A stretch of DNA of 64,000 bases from Anaerolineae bacterium (GCA_011174825.1 DUEZ01000064.1:17512-81511); one strand, 5' to 3'; positions 27,584-37,665 are shown, counted from the first letter of the stretch. Made by a program: numbers and translations. Notes: generated from the sequence alone by a model not told the origin.

Positions 27584-29722
27584 ATGACCCGAAGGACGCT
27601 GGTTCGCCACCCGACCCGACTCTTGCTATTGGTCGGGTTCACTCTATCTGGGGGCGTCATTTGGCACCCCAAGTCTGCTGCCGATCCACCAGCCGCGGGT
27701 CCTCCCCAAATCCAACCGAGCGCTACCATCGTCTCTCCAACATCAACCCTCTCACCATCGCCCTCATGGACCTCCACGCTCTCGTCCACACCGACGAGCA
27801 CAGCAACACCTAACCCCGAATCGACATCCACGTCAACACCCACGCCGATCACAACGCTCAGAAGCCCGACATCCACACAAACCTCCAGCCCGTCACCTAC
27901 GGATACATCCACTGCTCTCTCTTCGTCTACGCCTACCGCATCCCCTTCACCAACATCGACTGAGATCGGAACGACCACCGTGATTCCCGGCGCGAGTACA
28001 ACTCCCTCCGCTACACCGAGCGTAACGACGACGCCTTCCGAGACCGCTACCCAAGAACCCGGGGGCACACCTTACCCTCCTCAGTCTGTGATGATCAACG
28101 AGGTTGCATGGGCCGGCACCATGGCCAGCGCTCATGATGAATGGATTGAACTCCACAACCCCGGGTTACAGTCGATCGATCTTAATCAATGGGTCCTCAC
28201 GGATGGCGGGGACATCAACGTCTCATTGAGCGGGACGATTCGCTCCCGCAGCTTCTACTTGCTTGAACGCACCGATGACACAACCATCTCCGACATCGGT
28301 GCCGATCGGATCTACACCGGAGCATTGAGAAATGGCGGAGAGGTCTTGTGGTTAAAAGATCCAACGGGTGCGGTCGTGGATAGCGCCAATAAATCTGGTG
28401 GCGGCTGGCCGGCGGGTGATACCGCCTCACATGCCAGTATGGAGCGTATTGGCCGAGGTGACACCCCGGGCAACTGGAGAACTTTCACTGGTTATGGTGG
28501 GGTGGGGCATGATGCAGGAGGCAATCCCATCGCCGGCACTCCACGGCACCCAAATTCTAGTTTCGGTCCGACGCCAACCTCCACCAGCTTCACGCCAACC
28601 CCGGAGAGCACACCCTTCCCTCCTTTGTCGATGCTCATCAACGAGGTCGCATGGGCCGGCACCCACGCTTCATCCAACGACGAATGGATCGAACTCCATA
28701 ACCCCGGAGCCGAGGAGGTCGACCTCACTGGTTGGGCACTAACCGATGGAGGGGATATCGACATTACACTGGCGGGCACGATCACGGGTCACGGCTTCTT
28801 CCTTCTCGAACGGTCTGTTGACAGCGTTGTGTCTGATATCGCTGCGGATCAACTTTACAACGGTGTACTGAAGAACAGCGGAGAGACCTTGTGGTTGAAG
28901 GATCCATCCGAGAATTTGGTCGACAGTGCGAACAGCGACGGCGGCGGTTGGCCCGCGGGCCGTTCTTCGCCATGCGCCAGCATGGAACGTCGCAGAGGGG
29001 TGGACCTCCCTGGCAATTGGGCGTCCTTTAACGGTTACCACGGTCGCGGGCATGACTCCGACGGCAGCCCCATCCCAGGCACACCACGAGATGTCAACTC
29101 CGTTCATTTCCCCACTCCGGTCCCTACTCGAGCCCCCGGCAAGGTACGGATCAACGAGGTGCTCATCCGTCCGCATTATGACTGGGAAGGTGAGGGGGAG
29201 GCCGATACGGGAGACGAATTTATCGAACTCTACAACGATGGTGGGGAACCTATCTTCTTGGGGGGCTGGAGGCTCGACGATATCCTCGACGGAGGCTCTC
29301 GACCATACATCCTCCCGGGCGTGACCCTCGCACCAGGAGATTACGTCGCCTTCTTCCGCTCACGAACGCGCATCTCGCTCAATGATCACGGCGACAGCGT
29401 TCATCTGCTTGCACCCAACGGACGGATCATCGATCAGATCCGCTACCTGAGGGTGCGTGCTTACAATTTGTCCTATGGAAGACTGCCGGACGGGTCGGAT
29501 GAGCTTTCTTACGGATTGTGGCCGACACCCGGTGGTCCCAATGTGCTCTTCGTCGAGCCTGGATCGGAGCCCTTGGGGCTTCCGCGTGAGTTAACCTATC
29601 CGTTCCTGTGCCCCAGCGGTGGTCGACCGCTGCCGCGCTTCCCGCGCGCCGCTCGTCATCCATCTCAGGTGGGTTGGTGGATCGAGACCGGATTTTTCAT
29701 ATGTGACGAGATCGACAATTGA
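27584..29722 (+). CDS. Secreted protein with Pro/Thr/Ser-rich linker and three lamin-tail (LTD) domains
   Basis: 712 aa. It has a signal-like N-terminus and a low-complexity STPTSTxTP region. Three repeats match INEVAWAGT...DEWIELHNPG...W.LTDGGDI...LLER...LWLKDP...GGGWPAG...SMER. Confidence 0.8.
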   Translation: MTRRTLVRHPTRLLLLVGFTLSGGVIWHPKSAADPPAAGPPQIQPSATIVSPTSTLSPSPSWTSTLSSTPTSTATPNPESTSTSTPTPITTLRSPTSTQTSSPSPTDTSTALSSSTPTASPSPTSTEIGTTTVIPGASTTPSATPSVTTTPSETATQEPGGTPYPPQSVMINEVAWAGTMASAHDEWIELHNPGLQSIDLNQWVLTDGGDINVSLSGTIRSRSFYLLERTDDTTISDIGADRIYTGALRNGGEVLWLKDPTGAVVDSANKSGGGWPAGDTASHASMERIGRGDTPGNWRTFTGYGGVGHDAGGNPIAGTPRHPNSSFGPTPTSTSFTPTPESTPFPPLSMLINEVAWAGTHASSNDEWIELHNPGAEEVDLTGWALTDGGDIDITLAGTITGHGFFLLERSVDSVVSDIAADQLYNGVLKNSGETLWLKDPSENLVDSANSDGGGWPAGRSSPCASMERRRGVDLPGNWASFNGYHGRGHDSDGSPIPGTPRDVNSVHFPTPVPTRAPGKVRINEVLIRPHYDWEGEGEADTGDEFIELYNDGGEPIFLGGWRLDDILDGGSRPYILPGVTLAPGDYVAFFRSRTRISLNDHGDSVHLLAPNGRIIDQIRYLRVRAYNLSYGRLPDGSDELSYGLWPTPGGPNVLFVEPGSEPLGLPRELTYPFLCPSGGRPLPRFPRAARHPSQVGWWIETGFFICDEIDN

Positions 29723-29757
29723 ATGCTTTACCCCTCTTCGTAATCCACCCAAAATGG

Positions 29758-29785
29758 ACCAGGCCCCGTGGAGGGGCCTGGTTTC
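29758..29785. terminator. Hairpin between convergent genes (bidirectional terminator candidate)
   Basis: accaggcccc-gtgga-ggggcctggt, followed by ttcc. It lies between the stops at 29722 (+) and 29817 (-). Confidence 0.6.
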
Positions 29786-29816
29786 CTAACGTCTCGCAAG
29801 CCTTCTTCTCGATAAG

Positions 29817-31031
29817 TCATCCCTTACGTGCGGCCTCGATCGCGGTTCGAATTTGGTCCATATGTACACGGTCATGAAAGCCGGGATACTGGAATGCTTC
29901 AAAGCCCATTCGCCAAAGAACGCCCTTACGCGACTTAAGTTCTTTAGCATGCTCGACAAGTATGTTTGCTTCCTCCTTATTTCTTTCAAGCCGATCAAGG
30001 AGCTCAGGGATGGTAGGGGTTGTGCTCAGTATGGCCCTAAGCTGTGACCGGACGTTGCCGAACTCGTCGGTGAACTCTCTTTGAGCGTCGCAGATGAACT
30101 CGGCAACCCCATGTAGTCCGTACTGCTCAGATGCGATCAAATGGGCCAGGACTTCCTTGGCCGACCACTCCTCCGGACTGGGATTGAACTCCGCCTCGTT
30201 TTCACTAACCCCTTCGAATAAAGTGCGTAGTTCCCCCATAACTTCGGCATCGATCTCGCGGAACCTCTGTGCCATGTAATTCAGATCAAGTGGAAATTCC
30301 GCATAAGGTCGACTTGAAAGCTCCATTTCGACCGTGATCTTCTCCGATCCGCGATAAACCGATACCTGGACCACATCACCCGCTTTTTTCCCTTGGAACG
30401 CGGTATTCATATCTGCGAACCCTCGAATGGTTTTGCCATCAAACTCCACAATCACATCGCTTGGTTGCAGACCCGCACGTTCAGCGCCCATGCCCTCAAC
30501 AGGTCTGTCAATACGTACACCCTTCTCCACCGGTACACCGAGTTCTTTGGCAATCTTTTCGTCGAAGTCATTGAGAAAAATACCCAACATGGGACGACGA
30601 ACGATGCGCAGATCCTTGCCGGTGCTAAAGATGGACTCTAAGTTCTCCATCCCCTCCTGCCATCCCTTGCGCGCCTCCTCCAGGCATTTTTCCCATTCCT
30701 CCCCCTGACCAAAGCCAGAATGACGCAGCTCAACTTGGGTGCCATCACCCTTCGACTTCAAATTAACCGTCACCGCAGTTGGCCCAGGGTCATCCTTTCC
30801 AAACCACGCCAAGGCGACCTTTTCCGGCTTTACCAGCTCACGAACGGTACCTGCCGTATACCAACCGCTGGTCCATGACAATTGGTAGCAGCCTCCCTCT
30901 CGAGCCTCAAATCGAGCCGAATCGCACAGCCAATCTCGCCAGCCCTGGGATGTGGCGAAGGCATAGAAAACATCCTCCGGGATCGCTTCGACCGCTTGGC
31001 TAATAGATAGTTCTTCAGTTGTGGACGTCAT
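29817..31031 (-). CDS. SRPBCC(AHSA1-like)-PDZ-DinB-like three-domain protein, paralogue 1
   Basis: 404 aa. The N-terminus is VFYAFATSQGWRDWLCDSARFEAREGGCYQLSW (SRPBCC/AHSA1-like). The middle is GMGAERAGLQPSDVIVEFDGKTI (PDZ). The C-terminus is EWSAKEVLAHLI...HMDQI (DinB-like four-helix). Confidence 0.65.
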   Translation of the reverse strand: MTSTTEELSISQAVEAIPEDVFYAFATSQGWRDWLCDSARFEAREGGCYQLSWTSGWYTAGTVRELVKPEKVALAWFGKDDPGPTAVTVNLKSKGDGTQVELRHSGFGQGEEWEKCLEEARKGWQEGMENLESIFSTGKDLRIVRRPMLGIFLNDFDEKIAKELGVPVEKGVRIDRPVEGMGAERAGLQPSDVIVEFDGKTIRGFADMNTAFQGKKAGDVVQVSVYRGSEKITVEMELSSRPYAEFPLDLNYMAQRFREIDAEVMGELRTLFEGVSENEAEFNPSPEEWSAKEVLAHLIASEQYGLHGVAEFICDAQREFTDEFGNVRSQLRAILSTTPTIPELLDRLERNKEEANILVEHAKELKSRKGVLWRMGFEAFQYPGFHDRVHMDQIRTAIEAARKG

Positions 31032-31154
31032 CTCTCTCCTCCGATAAAAAAGTTCTCATTAGTACTACTCCCAAAGTAGCCTATGAGGTTCAGAAAGTTA
31101 CTTGCCTGTAATCGGCATTCATTTGTAAGAGAAATGTGTGGGATAGCCTGTTGC

Positions 31155-32369
31155 TTATCCTTCCCGCGCAGCTTCAATCGCAGCCCGTATCTGGTCCATG
31201 TGTGTGCGCTCGTGAACGCCCGGAAGCTGCAGGTAACCCTGCCCAAGCCCCCACAGGACCCCCTTGCGTGCACGCAAGGCGCTGGCACGTTCGATAAGGG
31301 AAGCCGTCTCCTCTTTTCCCTTCTCAAGGCGATCGAGCAACTCGGGGATGGTTGGTGTGACCGCTACCAGCGCCTGAAGCCGAGCTCGAACATTGGCGAA
31401 GTTCTCTCCATACTCAGGTTCGTTGTCATTGATCAGGCTTGTGATGCCAACCTGCCCCCCCATCTCACCGACGATCAAGTGCGCTAGGGTCTCCTTCGCC
31501 GACCATGCTTCTGGGGCAGGGTTATAATCGGCTTCAGCTTCACTGACACCATCAAACAACGCGCGAAGCTCGGCCATGACCTCAGCATCGATGGCCCGGA
31601 TCCTCTCCGCCAATGCGACGGGATCAAGCGGAACCTCTGCGAACGGCTGAGAGGAAAGCGCCATTTCCACCTCATGTTTTTCTGGTCCCCGGTAGAAAAC
31701 GACGTTAACCACATCACCCGCATGCTTCCCGAGGCGCGCTTCGCTAATCGAAGCAAAGCCTGTTATCGGCACGCCTGCCATCTCGACGACCACGTCGTTC
31801 GATTGCATACCCGCTGCATCGGCTCCCATGCCTTCGATAGGCTGGTCGACACGGACACCCTTCGTCACCGGGACATTCAACTCCTTGGCTATCTGCGCAT
31901 TGAAATCGCTGACAGTGATTCCCAGTAATGGTCTGCGGATCTCTCGCAGATCCTCGCCTGTGCTGAAGATCGACTTCAGATTCTCCAACCCAAGTTTCCA
32001 GCCTTTGATCGCCTCCTCACGGGTTTCTACCCAATCACCCTTTTGACCGAACCCTGAGTGGCTCAGTTCCACCAGCGTCTTGCCGCCCTTCGCCTTCAAC
32101 TTAATCGTGACATCGGTCGGGCCCGGATCACCCATACCGAACCAGGTCAGCGCGACCTTTTCAGGTCGTGCGACCTCACGCACCGTGCCAGAAGCGTACC
32201 ATCCGTTGTTCCATGCCAGTTGGTAGCTACCTCCCGGGCGCGCCTCGAAGCGAGCAGAATCACACATCCAGTTCCGCCATCCTTGGGCCGTTGTGAAAGC
32301 ATAAAAGACATCGTCAGGGGACGCATCGACCTCCTGGGTAAAAGACAACTCATCATATGTTTCTGACAT
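31155..32369 (-). CDS. SRPBCC(AHSA1-like)-PDZ-DinB-like three-domain protein, paralogue 2
   Basis: Collinear with paralogue 1 over its full length (roughly 60 percent identical by eye). The start is ATG 32369, preceded by ggaggaggagag; the track start 32468 is discarded. Confidence 0.65.
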   Translation of the reverse strand: MSETYDELSFTQEVDASPDDVFYAFTTAQGWRNWMCDSARFEARPGGSYQLAWNNGWYASGTVREVARPEKVALTWFGMGDPGPTDVTIKLKAKGGKTLVELSHSGFGQKGDWVETREEAIKGWKLGLENLKSIFSTGEDLREIRRPLLGITVSDFNAQIAKELNVPVTKGVRVDQPIEGMGADAAGMQSNDVVVEMAGVPITGFASISEARLGKHAGDVVNVVFYRGPEKHEVEMALSSQPFAEVPLDPVALAERIRAIDAEVMAELRALFDGVSEAEADYNPAPEAWSAKETLAHLIVGEMGGQVGITSLINDNEPEYGENFANVRARLQALVAVTPTIPELLDRLEKGKEETASLIERASALRARKGVLWGLGQGYLQLPGVHERTHMDQIRAAIEAAREG

Positions 32370-32628
32370 CTCTCCTCCTCCATATTGAATATGGATACCC
32401 TCACCTCTACTACTACCAAGGTATCCCATGGGGTTCAGTGAGTCAATCACCTGCACAAGTGATTCCACACTCGCATCGCACTTTACAGACTTTCAGGCTC
32501 GAGTGCGGATATTCCGGTTTATGGGCTCCCACGCCTGCCCTGAGCCTGCATTGTCCTGCCTGTCCTGAGCTTGTCGAAGGATCGAAGGGTCGCCATTTGG
32601 CCGGGCATGAGAGCCCGGCCTCCTCCCA

Positions 32629-32759
32629 TAATGTCATTGCGAGCCCTGAAAGGGCGAAACAAACTCCTCTCTTGCATATCTCGTGTGTTTTGAAATAGCG
32701 AAGCTCACCTCTCAATCAAAAATTTGCTCCGTCGCCTACGGCTCCTCGCAATGACATTA
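32629..32759. repeat. 131-bp MITE-like element with perfect 15-bp terminal inverted repeats
   Basis: taatgtcattgcgag at 32629-32643 and its exact reverse complement ctcgcaatgacatta at 32745-32759. There is no coding capacity. Confidence 0.6.
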
Positions 32760-32942
32760 AAGAGCCGAAAAACCGAGCGTGAGGTCCCGGCTCACATAAA
32801 TGGGTGGAATTGCTGTGGGCCCCCCATTGTCAGGTAAATGTACGATTAATGACATTCAAGCGTGATAATTTGCCGGTAGAATTTGTATGGAGAACGTAAG
32901 GGGAAGTTCCCATCCCCATGTTTTAAAATGAAAGAGGTAGAG

Positions 32943-33173
32943 ATGGGGTTCACTGATATGGTTAGAAAAGTCTCGTTCCTCCATGAAGAGGAAACGCAAG
33001 ATACCAGGGATGATCTTCCACTCGCGCCTTTGGTCATCAAAGTGCGACACCTCGAGGAAGAGTGCTACGTCACGATCAAGCCCGGTGGGATGGTCGATGT
33101 CGCCGTCCGTGAATTGGGCGCCAAAATCGTAAAAGTCGAGGTGATCGAGCCGGAGGAGGTATCCGAAGAATAA
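32943..33173 (+). CDS. Hypothetical small acidic protein (76 aa)
   Basis: ATG 32943 follows agaggtagag, and a terminator hairpin follows the stop. No family recognised. Confidence 0.4.
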   Translation: MGFTDMVRKVSFLHEEETQDTRDDLPLAPLVIKVRHLEEECYVTIKPGGMVDVAVRELGAKIVKVEVIEPEEVSEE

Positions 33174-33202
33174 CGGATCCTGCGAGGTTGTGAACTATTC
33201 GT

Positions 33203-33229
33203 AAGGGCGCATCAGCGCCCTTTTATGTT
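33203..33229 (+). terminator. Rho-independent terminator
   Basis: aagggcgc-atca-gcgccctt, followed by ttatgtt. Confidence 0.6.
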
Positions 33230-33282
33230 GTATCGCCCCTCGCTCAATACAATAAATACCCCTCTGCTATAATTCCCCTACC

Positions 33283-33573
33283 ATGGCCTTGACAATCGAA
33301 GAGGTTCGTCATATCGCTCAATTGGCTCGTTTGACGCTGACGTCAGAAGAGGAACATCGTTACACCGAACAACTCTCGGATATCCTCGACTACGCAGGTC
33401 GATTGAGTAAGGTCGATACTTCTGCCATCCCCCCAACTGCAAGTGTGCTTCCCTTGCACGCACCACTCCGCCCAGATGTGATCCGCCCATGCCCACCGCA
33501 GAAACTTATCCTGCGTAACGCTCCATCCGACCAAGATGGTATGTTCCGCGTTCCGCCCGTCCTCGATACATGA
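33283..33573 (+). CDS. gatC: Asp/Glu-tRNA amidotransferase subunit C
   Basis: 96 aa. IEEVRHIAQLARLTLTSEEE is typical of GatC, and gatA follows directly. Confidence 0.88.
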   Translation: MALTIEEVRHIAQLARLTLTSEEEHRYTEQLSDILDYAGRLSKVDTSAIPPTASVLPLHAPLRPDVIRPCPPQKLILRNAPSDQDGMFRVPPVLDT

Positions 33574-33574
33574 C

Positions 33575-35047
33575 ATGACTGATCTTACTGATCTCACCCT
33601 TCTCGAGGCCGCTGCCGCACTCCGGTCTGGCGATGTCTCCTCTCGCGAATTAACACAAGCCTGTCTTGATCGCATTGAGGACCTCGAACCCAAAATCCAC
33701 GCCTTCCTCTCCCTCACACCCGACCTCGCGCTGAAACAGGCTGAAGATGCCGATCGGCAGTTGTCAGAGTGGCGAAGGGAGGGAGTTGACCCGCCTTCGC
33801 CCACATGGGGAATACCCATGGGTATCAAGGATGTGCTGTGTCTCGAGGGCGTACCGACCACCTGTGGTTCAAAGATCTTGGAGGGCTTCCGACCTCCCTA
33901 CACTGCCACGAGTGTGGAGAGATTGATCGACGCGGGTGTGGTGGTGTTAGGAAAAACCAATACCGACGAATTTGCCATGGGATCCTCCACTGAGAATTCG
34001 GCCTACGGTTCGACCTTCAATCCATGGGACCTTACACGTGTACCAGGAGGATCCTCGGGAGGATCAGCGGCCTCCGTGGCCGCCAACATGTGTTATGCCG
34101 CCTTGGGCACCGACACCGGAGGATCCGTGCGTCAACCGGCTTCTTTCTGCGGCGTCACAGGGATAAAGACCTCGTACGGTCGCGTTTCCCGTTACGGGCT
34201 TATCGCCTATGGCTCATCGTTGGACACCGTCGGCGCACTGGCCCACTCAGCGGCGGACTTGCTCCCGATATTTCATACCATCTCAGGTCATGACCCACTT
34301 GACTCGACCTCCATGCCCGAGCCCGTACCCCATGTCGCGCTCGACGGCACAGACCTCACTGGTCTCCGAATCGGTGTCCCAAAGGAATACTTCATCGAGG
34401 GGATGCAAGGGGAGGTCGAAACCGCGGTCCATGATGCGGTGCGCATTTTCGAAGCCTTGGGGGCTGTCGCCTGTGAGATCAGTCTTCCACATACCGACCT
34501 AGCCCTGCCGGTGTACTACATCATCGCTCCGGCTGAGGCCTCCGCCAACCTGGCGCGTTACGACGCCGTTCGTTATGGACCCCGCATCGAGGCCGAAGAC
34601 CTGCGTGGGCAGTACTTCGCCACGCGAGGTGCCCTCTTCGGTCAGGAGGTCAAACGCCGAATCATGCTCGGAACATACGCCCTCTCCGCCGGCTATTATG
34701 ATGCTTATTACGGACAGGCGCAGAAGGTTCGCACCTTGATCAAAGGTGACTTCGAATCCGCCTTTAAGGAGGTGGATCTCATCGCCTGCCCTGTGGCCCC
34801 AACAACTGCTTTCCGCATGGGGGAGCACAGCGAAGATCCACTATCGATGTACTTGGAGGACGTGTTCACACTACCGGCCAACCTGGCCGGAGTACCTGGC
34901 ATCGCCTTCCCGGTCGGCTTCGATTCAGATCGCCTGCCGATCGGGATGCAACTCAACGCTCCTCATTTAGGGGAAGCGATACTCTTCCGAGCAACATATG
35001 CCTACCAGGAAGTCACATCCTGGCATAAGGAGCGTCCATCGCTATGA
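33575..35047 (+). CDS. gatA: Asp/Glu-tRNA amidotransferase subunit A (amidase signature)
   Basis: GGSSGGSAA and GTDTGGSVRQPA amidase-signature motifs. The start is ATG 33575, one nt after the gatC stop. Confidence 0.92.
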   Translation: MTDLTDLTLLEAAAALRSGDVSSRELTQACLDRIEDLEPKIHAFLSLTPDLALKQAEDADRQLSEWRREGVDPPSPTWGIPMGIKDVLCLEGVPTTCGSKILEGFRPPYTATSVERLIDAGVVVLGKTNTDEFAMGSSTENSAYGSTFNPWDLTRVPGGSSGGSAASVAANMCYAALGTDTGGSVRQPASFCGVTGIKTSYGRVSRYGLIAYGSSLDTVGALAHSAADLLPIFHTISGHDPLDSTSMPEPVPHVALDGTDLTGLRIGVPKEYFIEGMQGEVETAVHDAVRIFEALGAVACEISLPHTDLALPVYYIIAPAEASANLARYDAVRYGPRIEAEDLRGQYFATRGALFGQEVKRRIMLGTYALSAGYYDAYYGQAQKVRTLIKGDFESAFKEVDLIACPVAPTTAFRMGEHSEDPLSMYLEDVFTLPANLAGVPGIAFPVGFDSDRLPIGMQLNAPHLGEAILFRATYAYQEVTSWHKERPSL

Positions 35048-36048
35048 AGATCGTACTACCAATGGCAGGTTTCGGCACTCGCCTGCGACCCCTCACATGG
35101 TCGAGGCCCAAGCCCCTGATTCCCTTGGCGGGAAGACCGATGATTGATTACGTGTTGGACATGTTCGTTGACATTCCCAGCGTAGAAGAGGTGATTTTCA
35201 TCATCGGTTATCTTGGTGAGCAGATCGAGGCCTACATCGATCAGTCCTACCCAAAGATGAAAGCCCGCTATGTGGTCCAAGAGGAGATGCTCGGTCAATC
35301 CCACGCTATTTGGTTGGCCCGTGAAGGACTTCAGGGGCCGATGATTATGGCCTTTGTCGACACACTCATCGAGAGCGATTTCTCGGGCTTACCGTCCGAG
35401 CAAGCCGAGGCGGTAGCTTGGGTCAGGAGGGTGCCTGACCCGCGGCGTTTCGGCGTGGCGGAGGTTGGCTCAGATGGCTGGGTGAGGCAGCTGATTGAGA
35501 AGCCCAAGGATACAAGCAATGACCTAGCCGTGATCGGCTTTTACTACTTTCAGAGTTCCGAGGCGTTGCTCGATGCGATCGAGGAGCAGATGACGCGCGA
35601 CATCCAATTGAAGGGTGAGTATTTTCTTGTCGACGCAATCAATATCATGCTTGAACGCGGTTTGAAGATGCGGGTCGAGCCAGTCAAGGTCTGGCATGAT
35701 AGCGGCACACCCGAGGCCGTCCTGGAAGCCAACCGTTACGTTCTTGAAACTATACGCTCAAACTCAGAGGAGGCCGCCGCGCGCGAGGGGGTAGAAATCC
35801 ATCCCCCGGTGTACATCGACCCCTCCGCAGAGGTCCGTCAGTCCGTCATCGGACCACATGCTTCGATCGGCGCGAATTGCGTTATCGAAGGATCGATGGT
35901 TACAGACTCGATCATCGATGTGGGCTCACAGATCATTGACAGTGACCTTTCTGCGTCGCTGATCGGCCGCCACGTTCGGGTTCTTGGTTGTGATTTCTCG
36001 CTCAACCTCGGTGATCATTCGGTCGTAGGGATCCCACCAACGTCATGA
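35044..36048 (+). CDS. Sugar-phosphate nucleotidyltransferase with C-terminal left-handed beta-helix
   Basis: MKIVLPMAGFGTRLRPLTWSRPKPL (GxGTRxxP motif), with C-terminal hexapeptide-like repeats. It overlaps the gatA stop by 4 nt. Confidence 0.75.
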   Translation: MKIVLPMAGFGTRLRPLTWSRPKPLIPLAGRPMIDYVLDMFVDIPSVEEVIFIIGYLGEQIEAYIDQSYPKMKARYVVQEEMLGQSHAIWLAREGLQGPMIMAFVDTLIESDFSGLPSEQAEAVAWVRRVPDPRRFGVAEVGSDGWVRQLIEKPKDTSNDLAVIGFYYFQSSEALLDAIEEQMTRDIQLKGEYFLVDAINIMLERGLKMRVEPVKVWHDSGTPEAVLEANRYVLETIRSNSEEAAAREGVEIHPPVYIDPSAEVRQSVIGPHASIGANCVIEGSMVTDSIIDVGSQIIDSDLSASLIGRHVRVLGCDFSLNLGDHSVVGIPPTS

Positions 36049-36108
36049 TTTGATACCTACCGGTAAAGGTGGATCCGTGAAAGGCACATCGTTGCTCCCG
36101 TACACGCA

Positions 36109-36137
36109 CCTAATCCCTACTCCCCGATCCCTGATCC
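36109..36137. repeat. Single arm of the CCCTRAT heptamer repeat family
   Basis: cctaatccctactccccgatccctgatcc; same units as at 37708-37737, 53534-53556 and 54700-54723. Confidence 0.6.
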
Positions 36138-36155
36138 ACGTTCCCTTGAGATCCC

Positions 36156-36371
36156 ATGTCACCTGAACAGGTTGAATGTCATTCCGGCACGACCTACGGC
36201 GAGCGACCCATCGCCCTCTACTGGGAGGGTGAAAGGCTGCTCATCGTAGATATTGAAGCGCGTTGGCGACTTCCCGATGGGCGGAAATTTCGCGTGCGCG
36301 TCGAGGATGATCGTACCTTCGAGTTGTACTACGTTGAGCAGGTTGATGAATGGCGGATCAGCGCAGCCTGA
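36156..36371 (+). CDS. Hypothetical small protein (71 aa)
   Basis: A complete ORF in an otherwise empty spacer, on the same strand as its neighbours. No family recognised. Confidence 0.4.
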   Translation: MSPEQVECHSGTTYGERPIALYWEGERLLIVDIEARWRLPDGRKFRVRVEDDRTFELYYVEQVDEWRISAA

Positions 36372-36499
36372 GATATGCTATTCGCGATCTGTGATGAGCG
36401 GTCGACATTGGCCCTCGCATTGGCATCTCGTCAAACTCATCTTAACCGTCTGGATTTCCACATTAATAAATGGGAACACTGATAAAGGAGCGAGATTGT

Positions 36500-37660
36500 A
36501 TGCGTGACTTCATCGCCCGTCGTGTCGCTAGCGTTCCACCCTCGGGTATTCGGCGCTTCTTTGACATCGCAGCCACCATGGATGATGTCATCTCTCTAGG
36601 GATTGGGGAGCCGGATTTCATCACACCACTACCGATCCTCGAAGCAGGCATCAGATCCCTTCAGCATGGGGAGACACACTACACCTCCAACTCCGGCATC
36701 CTAGAACTCCGCCAATCGCTTTCCTCTCATCTGAATCGCCTCTACAACGTCCATTACGATCCTAAAAATGAGCTCCTGATCACCGTTGGCGTCTCGGAAG
36801 CGCTCTACTTAGCCCTCACCGCCGTCGTTGATCCCGGCGATGAGGTCATCATACCCACGCCGTGCTTCGTGTCTTATCAGCCAGAGGTGATCTTCGCCGG
36901 TGGTACACCCGTATCGCTTAAGACCCGCGTCGAGGACGACTTCCGGATAGATGCCGATCGATTGGAGTCCTTGATCACCCCAAAGACCAAGGTCCTGATG
37001 ATCGCCTACCCCAATAACCCAACTGGCGCCGTCATGTCCCGCGATCGTCTGAAAGCCGTGGCCGACATCGCCGAGAAGTACGACCTTTTGGTCCTGTCCG
37101 ACGAGATCTACGACCGGTTGGTCTATGGTGACCATAAGCACGTGTGCTTTGCCTCCCTGCCCAGAATGAGGGAACGCACCATCACACTGGGAGGGTTTTC
37201 TAAGGACTACGCCATGACGGGTTGGCGTGTTGGATACGCCGCAGCTCCAGCTTCCATTCTGGATGCGATGCGTAAAGTGCATCAGTACACCATCATGTCC
37301 GCACCAACGATGTCCCAGATCGCCGCGCTGGAGGCTTTGACCAACGGCGAGGAGCATGTACAGGAGATGGTCGGGGAGTACGATCGTCGTCGTCGCCTGA
37401 TCGTGTCCGGCTTGAACGAGCTAGGACTGCCCACCTTCGAACCCCACGGTGCTTTTTATGCCTTCCCCAACATCGAAGCCAGTGGGATGGACGACGAGAC
37501 TTTCGCTGAGAAGCTACTTCACGAAGAGCGTGTGGCGGTGGTGCCAGGTAACGCTTTCAACGCCGAGGGGAATTTTGTCCGCTGCTCCTATGCCACCTCC
37601 TACGAGCAGATCGAGGAGGCGCTCGAGCGCATGCGACGCTTTATGAAGCGCTATGGTTAA
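36500..37660 (+). CDS. Class I/II pyridoxal-phosphate aminotransferase (aspartate aminotransferase-like)
   Basis: GGFSKDYAMTGWRVGY (PLP-lysine region), plus GEPDF and NPTG motifs. The start is ATG 36500, after aaaggag. Confidence 0.85.
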   Translation: MRDFIARRVASVPPSGIRRFFDIAATMDDVISLGIGEPDFITPLPILEAGIRSLQHGETHYTSNSGILELRQSLSSHLNRLYNVHYDPKNELLITVGVSEALYLALTAVVDPGDEVIIPTPCFVSYQPEVIFAGGTPVSLKTRVEDDFRIDADRLESLITPKTKVLMIAYPNNPTGAVMSRDRLKAVADIAEKYDLLVLSDEIYDRLVYGDHKHVCFASLPRMRERTITLGGFSKDYAMTGWRVGYAAAPASILDAMRKVHQYTIMSAPTMSQIAALEALTNGEEHVQEMVGEYDRRRRLIVSGLNELGLPTFEPHGAFYAFPNIEASGMDDETFAEKLLHEERVAVVPGNAFNAEGNFVRCSYATSYEQIEEALERMRRFMKRYG

Positions 37661-37665
37661 ACACA

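Noticed and set aside
27538-28068. 176-aa minus-strand ORF rich in Val/Gly/Asp
   Set aside because: It is the antisense shadow of the Pro/Thr/Ser low-complexity linker of the LTD protein gene. It has no independent start context or recognisable family.
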